DNA of 64,000 nt from an uncultured Terracidiphilus sp. (lineage in GTDB: Bacteria; Acidobacteriota; Terriglobia; Terriglobales; Acidobacteriaceae), in contig CAZMHC010000005.1 in the NCBI GenBank assembly GCA_964565955.1, positions 11,560 through 75,559 on the forward strand, written 5' to 3'. Positions 33,864-44,500 of the stretch are shown in pieces. The notes beneath the pieces are model-generated. The model saw only the letters and a list, made by a program, of their open reading frames with translations. It did not search any database and was not told the origin of the DNA. A program made the position numbers and the translations under genes. Position 1 is the first letter of the stretch; each line of letters starts with the position of its first letter.

Positions 33864-34967
33864 ATGAGAATTGTATTCTTGCTCCCCCAGGAAGGATCGC
33901 GGCCGGCGGGCGGATTCAAGGTTGTGTACGAATACGCCAACCGATTGGCCAAACGCAACCATACAGTCCAGGTGGTGCATATAGCGCAGTTGTTCCACCG
34001 CGGCGCGCGCCTGAGTTTGAGAGACAGATTGCGCGGGTTGAGATATGTGCCATTCGCCCTGAGCGGCAACTGGAGACCGGATCGCTGGTTCAAATTCGAC
34101 CCCAGGGTGAAGCTATCGTGGATGCCGACCATGTCCCGTCTCTTTCTTCCGCGGGCGGATGGGTACATAGCCACATGGTGGACGACGGCGGACCGTCTTG
34201 CGTCTCTGCCCGACTTGCCGGGGAAAAAGCTTTACCTGATTCAACATCTGGAAACCTGGCTCGGCTCGGTCGACGAGGTGATGGCTACCTGGAAGGCGCC
34301 CCTTGAGAAGATCGTGATCGCGCGCTGGCTTGAAGACGTGGCTCACGGGATGGGCGAGAGCTGTCACTACATACCGAACGGGCTGGACTTCACCAAGTTC
34401 GGTTGCGACCTTCCGGCGGAAAGCAGAGATCCAATGCGGCTGGCGATGCTATTCAGCCACGGATTGCCGTGGAAAGGTTCCTTCGATGGACTTTCGGCGC
34501 TTGTGGCTCTGAAAGACAAGCGCCCCGCTCTCGAAGCCGAATTCTTCGGCATCGATGAGCGTCCGCGAGAGCTGCCTTCCTGGATCGTCTACCACAAGAC
34601 GCCCACCCAGGAAGAGCTGCGCCGCATCTACAACCGCGCGTCGATCTTCCTGGCTCCCAGCCACAGCGAGGGATGGGGCCTTCCTCCGTGCGAAGCGATG
34701 ATGTGCGGCGCGGCCGTGGTTGCAACCGATATCGGCGGGCACCGCGAGTTCTGCACCGACGGGGAGACCGCGTTGCTGGTTCCCGCCAAGAATCCCGGAG
34801 CCATTGCCGAGGCGGTCGACAGGCTCATCGAAGATCCGGCGTTGCGCCTGCGGGTGGCGCGGAACGGTCACCGAAATGTCCAAAGATTCACTTGGGAGGT
34901 CGCCTGCGACGCATTCGAACGTGTGTTGCTGACGCCTCTTGCGGACTCCGCAATGTCCCACATCTGA
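33864..34967 (+). CDS. Glycosyltransferase family 4 (GT-B, GT1 superfamily)
   Basis: ATG 33864 (MRIVFLLPQEGSRPAGGFKVV). The C-terminal signature is PSHSEGWGLPPCEAMMCGAAVVATDIGGHREF. The track ORF begins earlier, at 33636. Confidence 0.85.
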   Translation: MRIVFLLPQEGSRPAGGFKVVYEYANRLAKRNHTVQVVHIAQLFHRGARLSLRDRLRGLRYVPFALSGNWRPDRWFKFDPRVKLSWMPTMSRLFLPRADGYIATWWTTADRLASLPDLPGKKLYLIQHLETWLGSVDEVMATWKAPLEKIVIARWLEDVAHGMGESCHYIPNGLDFTKFGCDLPAESRDPMRLAMLFSHGLPWKGSFDGLSALVALKDKRPALEAEFFGIDERPRELPSWIVYHKTPTQEELRRIYNRASIFLAPSHSEGWGLPPCEAMMCGAAVVATDIGGHREFCTDGETALLVPAKNPGAIAEAVDRLIEDPALRLRVARNGHRNVQRFTWEVACDAFERVLLTPLADSAMSHI

Positions 34968-35062
34968 AACGGGCGAAGGACTCACAATTCACGAATTACT
35001 TTCGTTTGCATCCCTGACTCCTCGCCTCGATCACAATAAACATACCAATACCCGAGGGCACT

Positions 35063-36490
35063 TTGATCTCTGACGCTACAGTATCGACGCTTGAGATATG
35101 CGAACCGGAATCGGCGCCTGAAGACCGCGCCGGCGAGGAGCGGATCGCCCAAGAGAAGCTGGAATCGACGGCCATGCGGGCGACGTTCTGGACGGTGGCG
35201 GACTACGGATGCGCGATGGCGCTGCGCGTGGTCAACAGCATGGTTCTCACCCGCCTGCTGATGCCGGAAGCCTTCGGTCTGATGACGCTGGTTACAACGC
35301 TCATCGTGGGAATCAGCCTGGTCTCCGATATAGGCCTGGGACCGAGCGTGATTCAAAACCCGCGCGGGGACGACCCCCAGCTTCTGAACACCGCTTGGAC
35401 CTTGCAGGCGCTGCGCGGCCTGGGCATCTTCGTCGTTTCGCTCATTCTGGCCTGGCCGATGTCGCTGTTCTACCATGAGCCGCGTCTGCTGGCGCTGCTG
35501 CCGGCGCTGGGCGTGAATGTGGTCATCGGCTCCTTCAACAGCACCAATCTGCTTTCCATGTCGCGTCACATGGGGGTGCGCAGGTTGTTTCTGCTGGACT
35601 TCACCACGCAGCTTGTCTCGCTGCTGATCACGGTGGGATGCGCATTGGCGTACAAGTCGGTCTGGGCGCTGGTTGCAGGCGCCATTCTAAGCGCGGCATA
35701 CCGGCTGTCGCTCAGTTTTTACCGGCGACTGATCCCCGGCATCCGAAATTCCTTCTGCTGGCACCGGGAAAGCGTGCACAGCCTGGTTCACTTCGGCAAG
35801 TGGATTCTGCTGGCCACGGCTTTCTACTTCTTCGCGTCGCAGGCGGACCGGCTGATTCTCGGAAGACTGGTCAGCTTCAGCGTACTGGGCGTTTATGGCA
35901 TAGCCTTCTCCGTCTCCGAGATTCCTAGATCGATCATCAACGCATTCGCGCAAAAAGTCGGCTATCCCTTCATCGCCAAAATGTCCCATCTGCCGATCGC
36001 CGAATTCAGGAAAGTCTTCTTGCGCTACCGCTTTGGAGCTTTGCTAGCGGGCGCATCCATGTTATGCCTCATGGTGCATCTGGGCGGATTTCTAGTAACA
36101 AGGATGTATGACCGCCGTTACCATGAAGCAGGGTGGATGGTGCCCATACTTGCGCTTGGCCTGTGGCATACTCTGATGTATGCCACAACCATGCCGGCGC
36201 TCTTTACGCTTGGAAAGTCGCGGTACGCGGCGATCGGCAATGCGTCCTACTGCATCGCGGTGGTATCGGCCATTCCTATAGCCTTTCATTTCTTCGGTTT
36301 GATCGGCGCGGTGGTGGCCGTGGCCGGCGGGGATTTGCCGCTCTATTTCGTCACTGTTGCTGGAGCCAGCCGGGAGGGCGTTTCGACGTGGAGGCAAGAC
36401 CTACAAGTAACCGCAATCTTTCTTGCCCTTCTGGGGCTCGGTCTCGCTCTGCGGATTTCTTTCTTCGGCTGGAAAGGACTTTCCATCTAG
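35063..36490 (+). CDS. Wzx-type oligosaccharide flippase (MOP superfamily polysaccharide biosynthesis protein)
   Basis: At least 12 predicted TM segments. The N-terminal LTRLLMPEAFGLMTL motif is typical of Wzx/RfbX. The start is uncertain (TTG 35063 or ATG 35174). Confidence 0.8.
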   Translation: MISDATVSTLEICEPESAPEDRAGEERIAQEKLESTAMRATFWTVADYGCAMALRVVNSMVLTRLLMPEAFGLMTLVTTLIVGISLVSDIGLGPSVIQNPRGDDPQLLNTAWTLQALRGLGIFVVSLILAWPMSLFYHEPRLLALLPALGVNVVIGSFNSTNLLSMSRHMGVRRLFLLDFTTQLVSLLITVGCALAYKSVWALVAGAILSAAYRLSLSFYRRLIPGIRNSFCWHRESVHSLVHFGKWILLATAFYFFASQADRLILGRLVSFSVLGVYGIAFSVSEIPRSIINAFAQKVGYPFIAKMSHLPIAEFRKVFLRYRFGALLAGASMLCLMVHLGGFLVTRMYDRRYHEAGWMVPILALGLWHTLMYATTMPALFTLGKSRYAAIGNASYCIAVVSAIPIAFHFFGLIGAVVAVAGGDLPLYFVTVAGASREGVSTWRQDLQVTAIFLALLGLGLALRISFFGWKGLSI

Positions 36491-36554
36491 TATTGCGTTA
36501 TAAACAGTGAGTTCCAATTTTCAGCGATATCTCCATCGAAATCAGGAAATTGCA

Positions 36555-38513
36555 ATGGCCACTGCGGAAACGACGCAAAGCGCATGGGAGATCGCCCCGG
36601 AGACAACGGAGCGGGGGCAGGACGGCGAGGCTCAACTTGCGCTGAAGCCGTTATGGCAAACCTTCGACGAAATCGCGGCAAAACACGCCGAGCGGGTCGC
36701 GTTGAGCTTTGTCGGAGGGCAGCTTACTTATCGCGAACTTGAGGCGCGGGCCAGCCAACTCGCTCGCCGTCTTCGCGGCCTGGGGGTCGGCCCGGAATCG
36801 CTGGTGGGCATCTATCTGGAGCGGTCGGCGGAAGCGATCGTAGCGCTGGTGGCCATTCTCAAAGCCGGGGGAGCGTATCTGCCGCTCGATCCAGCCTATC
36901 CGGGCGAGCGGGTAGCCGCCATTCTCGACGATGCCCGGCCCACGGTTCTTCTGACCCAAGAGCGTCTTCTCGACAAACTGCCCGCGCACGGCGCGCACAC
37001 CATTTGCCTCGATGGAGAGAGCGTGGCGAATCGCGGCGCGGAGAGCGCCGAGGTCGAGGCGGAATCCGGATTGGATCACCTGGCCTATGTCATCTACACT
37101 TCGGGGTCGACGGGAAAGCCCAAGGGCGTGATGGTGACGCACGCCAATGTGGCGCGGCTGTTGAGCGCGACCGAGGAGCGGTTTCACTTCGACGAGAACG
37201 ACGTCTGGACGCTCTTCCATTCCCTTGCCTTCGACTTCTCGGTTTGGGAGATATGGGGATGCCTGCTGCACGGCGGAAGACTGGCGATCGTACCCTTCAC
37301 GGTCTCGCGTTCGCCGGAGGAGTTCCACGATCTGTTGGAGAGGGAGCGGGTTACGGTTCTGAATCAGACGCCGTCGGCGTTCTATCAGTTGATGACCGTG
37401 GACCACGCGCGGCGGTCGCCGAAGCTGGCCTTGAGAACGGTGATCTTCGGCGGCGAGGCGTTGAACTTCAAGACGCTGCGGACGTGGTTTGCGACCCATG
37501 ACGACCTGAAGCCGCAGTTGGTGAATATGTACGGCATTACCGAGACCACCGTTCATGTAACTTATCGGGAGATCACGGCGGCCGACGCGGCGGATGGGGC
37601 GCGCAGCCTGATTGGCGTTCCGATTCCGGATTTGCAACTTCACCTTCTTGGCGACGACGGCAAGCCGGTGGCGGCAGGCGAGGTGGGCGAGATATGCGTG
37701 GGCGGGGCGGGCGTGGCGCGCGGTTATCTGAACCGCCCCGAACTGAACGCGGAGCGCTTTGCGGCGGATACTTTTTCGGGGATTCCGGGCGCGCGGCTGT
37801 ACAAATCCGGCGATTTGGCGCGTCTTTTGCCGAACGGCGAAGTGGAGTATCTCGGCCGCGGGGACGCGCAGGTAAAGATACAGGGATTTCGCATAGAGCT
37901 GGGCGAGATTGAAGCCGCTTTGACGAGCTATGGGCGGATACGGGAAGCGCGCGTGGTTGCCCATACGGATGAGGCGGGGACGAAGCGGCTGGCGGCGTAT
38001 TACGTGACCCAAGGGGATGCCGCTCTTCCCACGCGCGAATTGAGCGCGTATCTGAGCGCCAAGCTGCCGCCCTGGATGATGCCCTCCTTTTATGTGGCTA
38101 TCCCGGCCTTTCCACTGACTCCTCACGGCAAAGTGGATTACGCCGCGCTGCCGGAGCCGGCGACGGGATCGGCGCGCGGCGGCGGGGAAAGCGAAGGCAC
38201 GGACCTGGAGCGGAAGGTCGCCGGCGTATGGCGGGAAGCGCTGAGCGCGGATCGCGTGGGGCTTGACGACAACTTCTTCGACATCGGTGGAACTTCGCTG
38301 CTGCTGGCGTCTGTCCATCTCAATTTGCAAAGGCTCTTCGACAAAAAGATCCCCATTGCGGACCTCTTCGCGTACACCACGGTTCGCGCGCTGGCGGAAA
38401 GGCTGGGAGGTTCGGTCCAGGATTCCGGCGCGTGGCAAACGGCGCAGAATCAGGCACAGAAGCGGCGGGCGGCATTTGCGCGCGCCCGAGCGGGAAAGAG
38501 GACGGCATTATGA
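36555..38513 (+). CDS. NRPS adenylation-thiolation (A-T) didomain protein; predicted Thr-activating
   Basis: ATG 36555 has an AGGA RBS; the track ORF starts at GTG 36507. A-domain cores are LAYVIYTSGSTGKPKGV, FDFSVWE, NMYGITETTVH, YKSGDLAR and GRGDAQVKIQGFRIELGEIE. The PCP core is FFDIGGTSLL. The Stachelhaus residues, read by motif alignment, are DFWNIGMVHK. Confidence 0.92.
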   Translation: MATAETTQSAWEIAPETTERGQDGEAQLALKPLWQTFDEIAAKHAERVALSFVGGQLTYRELEARASQLARRLRGLGVGPESLVGIYLERSAEAIVALVAILKAGGAYLPLDPAYPGERVAAILDDARPTVLLTQERLLDKLPAHGAHTICLDGESVANRGAESAEVEAESGLDHLAYVIYTSGSTGKPKGVMVTHANVARLLSATEERFHFDENDVWTLFHSLAFDFSVWEIWGCLLHGGRLAIVPFTVSRSPEEFHDLLERERVTVLNQTPSAFYQLMTVDHARRSPKLALRTVIFGGEALNFKTLRTWFATHDDLKPQLVNMYGITETTVHVTYREITAADAADGARSLIGVPIPDLQLHLLGDDGKPVAAGEVGEICVGGAGVARGYLNRPELNAERFAADTFSGIPGARLYKSGDLARLLPNGEVEYLGRGDAQVKIQGFRIELGEIEAALTSYGRIREARVVAHTDEAGTKRLAAYYVTQGDAALPTRELSAYLSAKLPPWMMPSFYVAIPAFPLTPHGKVDYAALPEPATGSARGGGESEGTDLERKVAGVWREALSADRVGLDDNFFDIGGTSLLLASVHLNLQRLFDKKIPIADLFAYTTVRALAERLGGSVQDSGAWQTAQNQAQKRRAAFARARAGKRTAL

Positions 38514-41500
38514 GCGGTCCGGAAAACGAAAATCGACTGGAAGGCGTTGCGATCGTCGGTATGTCGGGCAAGTTCCCCGGCGCGCCGGACCTGGAATCCT
38601 TCTGGGCAAACGTCTTGGCGGGCACGGACACCATCACTCGCTTTTCGCGCGCCGAGTTGGAAGCGAGAGACCGCGCCTCCGTCGAGTTCGGCCCGGACTA
38701 CGTGGCCGCCCACGGCGTTTTGCAAGGCGCCGAGATGTTCGATGCGGGGTTCTTCGGGATTCCGCCCCGCGAAGCCGATTTCATGGACCCGCAGCACCGG
38801 CTGTTTCTGGAAACCTGCTGGAATGCGCTGGAGGACGGAGGATTCGATCCGGCGCAGTACCCTGGACAGATCGGCGTATTCGGCGGATGCAGCCTGAACA
38901 CCTATCTGCTGGCCAACCTGAGCGCGAGCCGGGAATTCATCGACGAACTTACCGGCAACTATCAGGTCGGCGAGTTCCAAGCCTTGCTGGGCAACGACAA
39001 GGATTTTCTTTGCACTCGGGCGGCCTACAAGCTGAACCTGCGCGGGCCATGCCTGACGGTGCAGGCGGCGTGCGCCACCTCGCTGGTCGCCATCTGCCAG
39101 GCCAGCCAGAGCCTGTTGACCTATCAATGCGATATGGCGCTGGCCGGGGGCGTTTCGGTCACCTTTCCGCAGTATCGCGGATACGTCAATCAGGAAGGCA
39201 GCATGGGTTCGCAAGACGGACGCTGCCGCCCCTTCGACGCCGACGCGACCGGCACCGTCTTCGGGCATGGGGTGGGAGTGGTGCTGCTGAAGCGGCTCGA
39301 AGACGCGATCGCCGACGGCGACCGGATCGATGCCGTGATTCGCGGCTTTGCGGTGAACAACGACGGCGCGGCCAAGGTCAGCTACATGGCCCCCGGCGTG
39401 GAAGGCCAAACGGCGGCGATCGCCTCCGCCCAGGCCATGGCGGGCGTCAGCGCCGACGCAATAACCTACGTGGAAGCGCACGGCACCGCAACGCCGCTGG
39501 GCGATCCGGTGGAGGTTGCCGCGCTCACCCGCGCCTTCCGTCAAAGCACGCAACGCAGCGGCTTCTGCGCCCTGGGCAGCACCAAGGCGAATATCGGCCA
39601 TCTGGACGCCGCGGCCGGAGTCAGCGGGCTGATCAAGACGGTGCTGGCCATGCGCCACCGGACGATTCCGCCGGTCGGCAACTTCCGCCGGCCGAATCCG
39701 CGCATCGATTTCGCAAGCACTCCTTTTTACGTGAACGGCGATGCCGCGCCCTGGCTGTCCGAGGGTCCGCGCATGGCGGGGGTGAGCGCCTTCGGCGTGG
39801 GCGGAGTGAATGCGCATCTGGTGCTGGAAGAGGCGCCGAAAGACGGTGGCGATCGGCCTGCCCGCCCCGCCCAGTTGCTTTGCGTATCGGCGCGTTCCGA
39901 AGCCGCGCTCGATGCCGCGTTGAGCAACCTGGCGCGGCATCTCAAGGAAAATCCGGAGCAGGAATTGGCGGACGTATCCCACACTCTCCAGATCGGGCGG
40001 CGAGGCTTCGATCGTCGCGCCTCGGTGGTCTGCTCCAGTGTGGACGATGCGGCGCGCATCCTGGCGGATTCGGGAAACCGGAAGATTCACAGGTCTTCCA
40101 ACGTCCTTGCCCGGCCCCAGGCGATATTTCTCTTTACCGGACAGGGCGCGCAGTTTGCCGGAATGGGCGGAACGCTCTATCGGACGGAGCCGGTCTATCG
40201 AGAACAGATCGACGAGTGCGCCGAGATTCTGCGGCCCCTGCTCGATCTGGATATACGCACTCCGCTCTTTCCGAAAGAAGCCGATGCAAGCGCCGCCGCG
40301 CTGCATGAAACCCGGCTGGCCCAGCCGGCGCTGTTTGTCACCGAACTGGCAATGGCCCGGCTATGGATGGAGTGGGGAATCGAACCGAAGGCCATGGCCG
40401 GCCATAGCCTGGGCGAATTTGTCGCCGCCGTAATAGCCGGCGCGATGAGCCGCGAAGACGGTCTCCGGCTGGTGGCCGAGCGCGGGCGGCTCATGCAATC
40501 CATGGAGCGCGGAGCGATGCTCTCCGTGAGGTTGAGCGAAGAGCGGATCACTCCACTGCTGGACGAGCGAACTTCGCTTGCCGCGCTGAACGGCCCGTCT
40601 TTGTGCGTGGCATCCGGGCCAGTCGAAGCCATCGAGGAACTGGAGAGGCGGCTGGAGCGGGAGTCGGTCGGATGCAAACGCCTGCGGACTTCTCACGCCT
40701 TCCACTCGGCCATGATGGACCCGATGCTGGATGCCTTCGAGGCGGAGGTGCGGCGGACGGCGTTGCGGGCGCCCTCGATTCCATACGTGTCGGGAGTGAC
40801 CGGCGCCTGGATTACGCCCGAGGAAGCGGTTTCTCCGCGCTACTGGAGATACCATTGCCGCAAGCCGGTGCGCTTCGCGGAGGCGGCGGCGCTATTGCTC
40901 GATTTGCCCGAAGCGGTGCTGCTTGAAGTGGGGCCTGGGCAGACGCTGACCGCCCTTGCGTGCCAGCAGCGCGGCACTCGCGCCATCCCGATCGTGGCGT
41001 CGATGGCGGAGCGCGACGCCGAGGCGGTTGGCTCGGAGACCATGCTGGAGGCATTGGGCCGGTTGTGGGAGGTTGGCATTCAGCCGGAATGGAAGCGATT
41101 CTGGAGCCACGAGCGCAGACAGCGCCTCTCGCTGCCCACATATCCCTTCGAGCGCAAGAAGCACTGGATCGACCCGCCGCCGCAAGCGGCAACGGACAAT
41201 GCCCCTCGGCCAGCCGCGGCGGAGAGTGCCCTTGAGCAGGCCGGGGCCTCGCTTCGAGCATCTGAAGATCAAATTGAAAGAGAAACCGCTATGACGACGG
41301 ACGCAAATGCAATCGCTCCCGAACGCCGGCTCCGGCTTCAACCCATGGTTGCAAGCCTCTTTGAAGAACTGAGCGGCATCGCCACCGGCCCAGATTCCTT
41401 CGACACGTCCTTCATGGAGCTGGGACTCGACTCTCTCTTCCTGACCCAGGCGACCCAGGCCGTGCAGCGCCGCTTCGGCGTGAAGGTGACCTTCCGGCAG

Positions 41501-44500
41501 ATGGTGGAACAGTATTCGAGCATTGGCGCGCTCGCGGAACGATTGGACTCGATTCTTCCCGCCGACGCCTTTCCTGCGGAGCAGCCGCAAGCGCCGGTGG
41601 CCGCGGTTGCCGCCGAGCAGGCTGTTTCAGCATTGGCCGTTGCAGCGTCAGCCATTCCAGGGTCGTCCGTCGCGCCCGGTTCGCCGCTGGAAGCGCTGCT
41701 CCAAGCGCAGATGCAAGCCATGTCCCAACTCTTCGAGCGGCAACTGGCGGCGGTGCGCGGAGCGGCATCTGCCGCGGAGCCAGTGCGTGGAGCGGCATCG
41801 GCTGCGGAGCCAGTGCGTGGAGCGGCGCCGGCCTCAACCCCAACCCAGACCGCCCAGGCGCAAATCTCCGCGCCTGTTGCCGCCAAGAAAGCCGCGGCGA
41901 GCGAAGCCGCGCCAACCGGCGGATTCAAGACGCACGGACCTTTCAAGCCGGTTCAAGCGGGGTCGAAGGACGGCTTGACGGAGCCGCAGCGCGAGTTCAT
42001 TCAGGCGCTCGTCGCCCGCTACTCGCGCCGCAGCGGAAAGTCCAAGGAGTATACGCAGCGGCACCGCCAGCATCTTACCGACCCCCGCGCCGTCGCCGGC
42101 TTCCGCTCCTTGTGGAAGGAGATGGTCTATCCGTTGGTGACCAACCGCTCCAAAGGCTCACGCATCTGGGACCTTGACGGCAACGAGTACATCGACATCG
42201 TGAACGGATTCGGCGCGATCATGTTCGGGCACGGGCCGGAGTTCGTGAGCGAAGCGGTGCACAAACAGATCGACCTTGGGGTGGAGATCGGCCCACAGAG
42301 TTCATTGGCCGGCGAGGTCGCGGATTTGATCTGCGAACTGACCGGCATGGATCGCGCCGCATTCTGCAATACCGGCTCCGAAGCGGTGATGGCGGCCTTG
42401 CGTATGGCCCGCGCCGTGACCGCGCGCGACAAGATCGTATATTTCACCGGGGACTACCACGGCACCTTCGACGAAGCGCTGCTGCGCGCCACCCCGCACG
42501 GCGCGGCCCCCATCGCTCCGGGCATCATGGCGGGCAACGTGACGGTGCTGGAGTACGGCGCGGATGCGTCTTTGGAGTTTATTCGCGCCCACGGCGAGGA
42601 GATCGCGGCGGTGATGGTCGAGCCTATCCAGAGCCGCCATCCGGAGGTGCAGCCGCGGGAATTTCTGCATGAGTTGCGCAAAATCACCGAGCAGGCGGGA
42701 ACGGCGCTGATCTTCGACGAGGTAGTTACCGGCTTCCGCGTGGCTCTGGGCGGGGCACAGGAGTATTACGGGATTCGCGCCGATCTCGCCACTTACGGCA
42801 AGGTCATCGGCGGCGGCTATCCGATCGGCGTGGTGGCCGGCAAGGCGGAGTATCTGGACACGCTCGACGGCGGCGCTTGGCAATATGGGGACGATTCGGC
42901 GCCGGAGGTGGGAATGACCTTCTTTGCCGGAACCTTCGTCCGCCATCCTCTGGCTCTGGCGGCGGCCAAGGCGTCTCTGCTGCATTTGAAGGCAGCCGGA
43001 CCGGAGCTGCAGGAGACGCTTAGCCGCAAGGTGGCGGAGGCGGCGCGGGCGGTGGAAGCGAGCTTCCGCGAGGCCGGCCTCGATACGCCCGTGCATCCCT
43101 GCGGCGCGTGGTTCACCTTCAATCTGCCCGCCGAAGCCCGCTTCGGCAGTCTGCTTTATTGCCTGATGCGCGAGAAAGGCGTACATATCCTGGAGAGTTA
43201 CCCATGCTTCTTTACCACCGCGCACTCCGACGAGGATTTTGCGCGCGTGGTCGCGACCTTCCGCGAAGCGATTCTGGAGATGAGACAGGGCGGAATGCTG
43301 CCGGCCTCGGCGGAGCCCGCTCTGTCAGCGCCGGCCGCCGCCGTGCCGGCACTGCATCCGGAAGCGCGCCGCGAGTCTCCAGACAGCGCGCCATTGACCG
43401 AATCGCAACGCGAGATATGGCTGGCCGCCACGCGCGGAGACGACGCGAACTGCGCCTTCAACGAATCTCTCCTGCTTCGCTTGCGTGGAGCGGCCAACGA
43501 GGAGGAGGTGCGCTACTCGCTTGAAGCGGCCATCGCCCGGCACGACGCTCTGCGATCGACGGTCGACCCGAACGAGGAATGCATGCGCATCGCGCCCGCC
43601 TTCACAGGCCAGATTCCATTCGTGGATCTGAGCGCGCTTTCCGCCGAGGAACGGGGAGCGTTCCTCGATGCAAGGATTGCCGAGGAGGGACGCACCCCCT
43701 TCGATCTTTCCAGCGGCCCCTTGGTGCGGGCGATACTCTTCCGCACCGCGCCCGATGAACTGGAGTTGTTGCTGACCGGGCATCACATCGTTCTTGACGG
43801 ATGGTCGTCGAATCAACTGCTGGAGGACGCGGGCGGAATCTACAGCGCGGCAAAGACCAAGTCGAAACCGGCCCTGGCTCCGCTGATGCCTTTCAGCAGC
43901 TATGCCCTGAAGGAGCGGGAGGAAACGCAGGCGGGCGCTTACGCCGAGAACGAACGCTACTGGGTGGAGGTCTTCGCGGGTCGGGCGCCGGTGCTGGACC
44001 TGCCGACGGACCGCCCGCGCCCGGCCATGAAGACCTACAGCGGCGCCACGCTGCAAACCTCGCTGGGCGCGGAGTTATCCGCGGAACTGAAGAAGGCGAG
44101 TTCCCGGCTGGGATGCACGCAGTACGTGATTCTGCTTTCGGCGTTTCAAATACTGATGCACCGGCTGACGCGCCAATCCGAAGTGGTGGTGGGAATCTCG
44201 GCCGCTGGGCAGGCCTTGTTCGACGACGCGAGCCTGGTCGGACATTGCGTGCACTTCCTGCCGATGTTGAGCGTTCTGCCCAAATCCCGCACGGTCAAGG
44301 ACCACCTTGCGGCCACCCGCGGACAACTCCTCGACGCCTACGATCATCAGGAGTTCACCTACGGAACGCTGTTGCGCAAGTTGCCGATTCCGCGCAGCGC
44401 GAACCGCTTGCCGCTCATCGAAGTCCAGTTCAATCTGGAAAAGTTGGGGACCAATCTCCATTTCGAGGGACTCCAGACCGAGGTGCGGTCGAATCCGAAG

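Noticed and set aside
36555-38513. Interpreting the stand-alone A-T protein as a fatty-acyl-AMP ligase loader, as in mycosubtilin/iturin synthetases
   Set aside because: It has the amino-acid-type A4 motif with Asp235 (FDFSVWE) and a full set of specificity residues matching the Thr code. FAAL/AL domains lack this Asp and show different cores. Biochemical confirmation is still needed.
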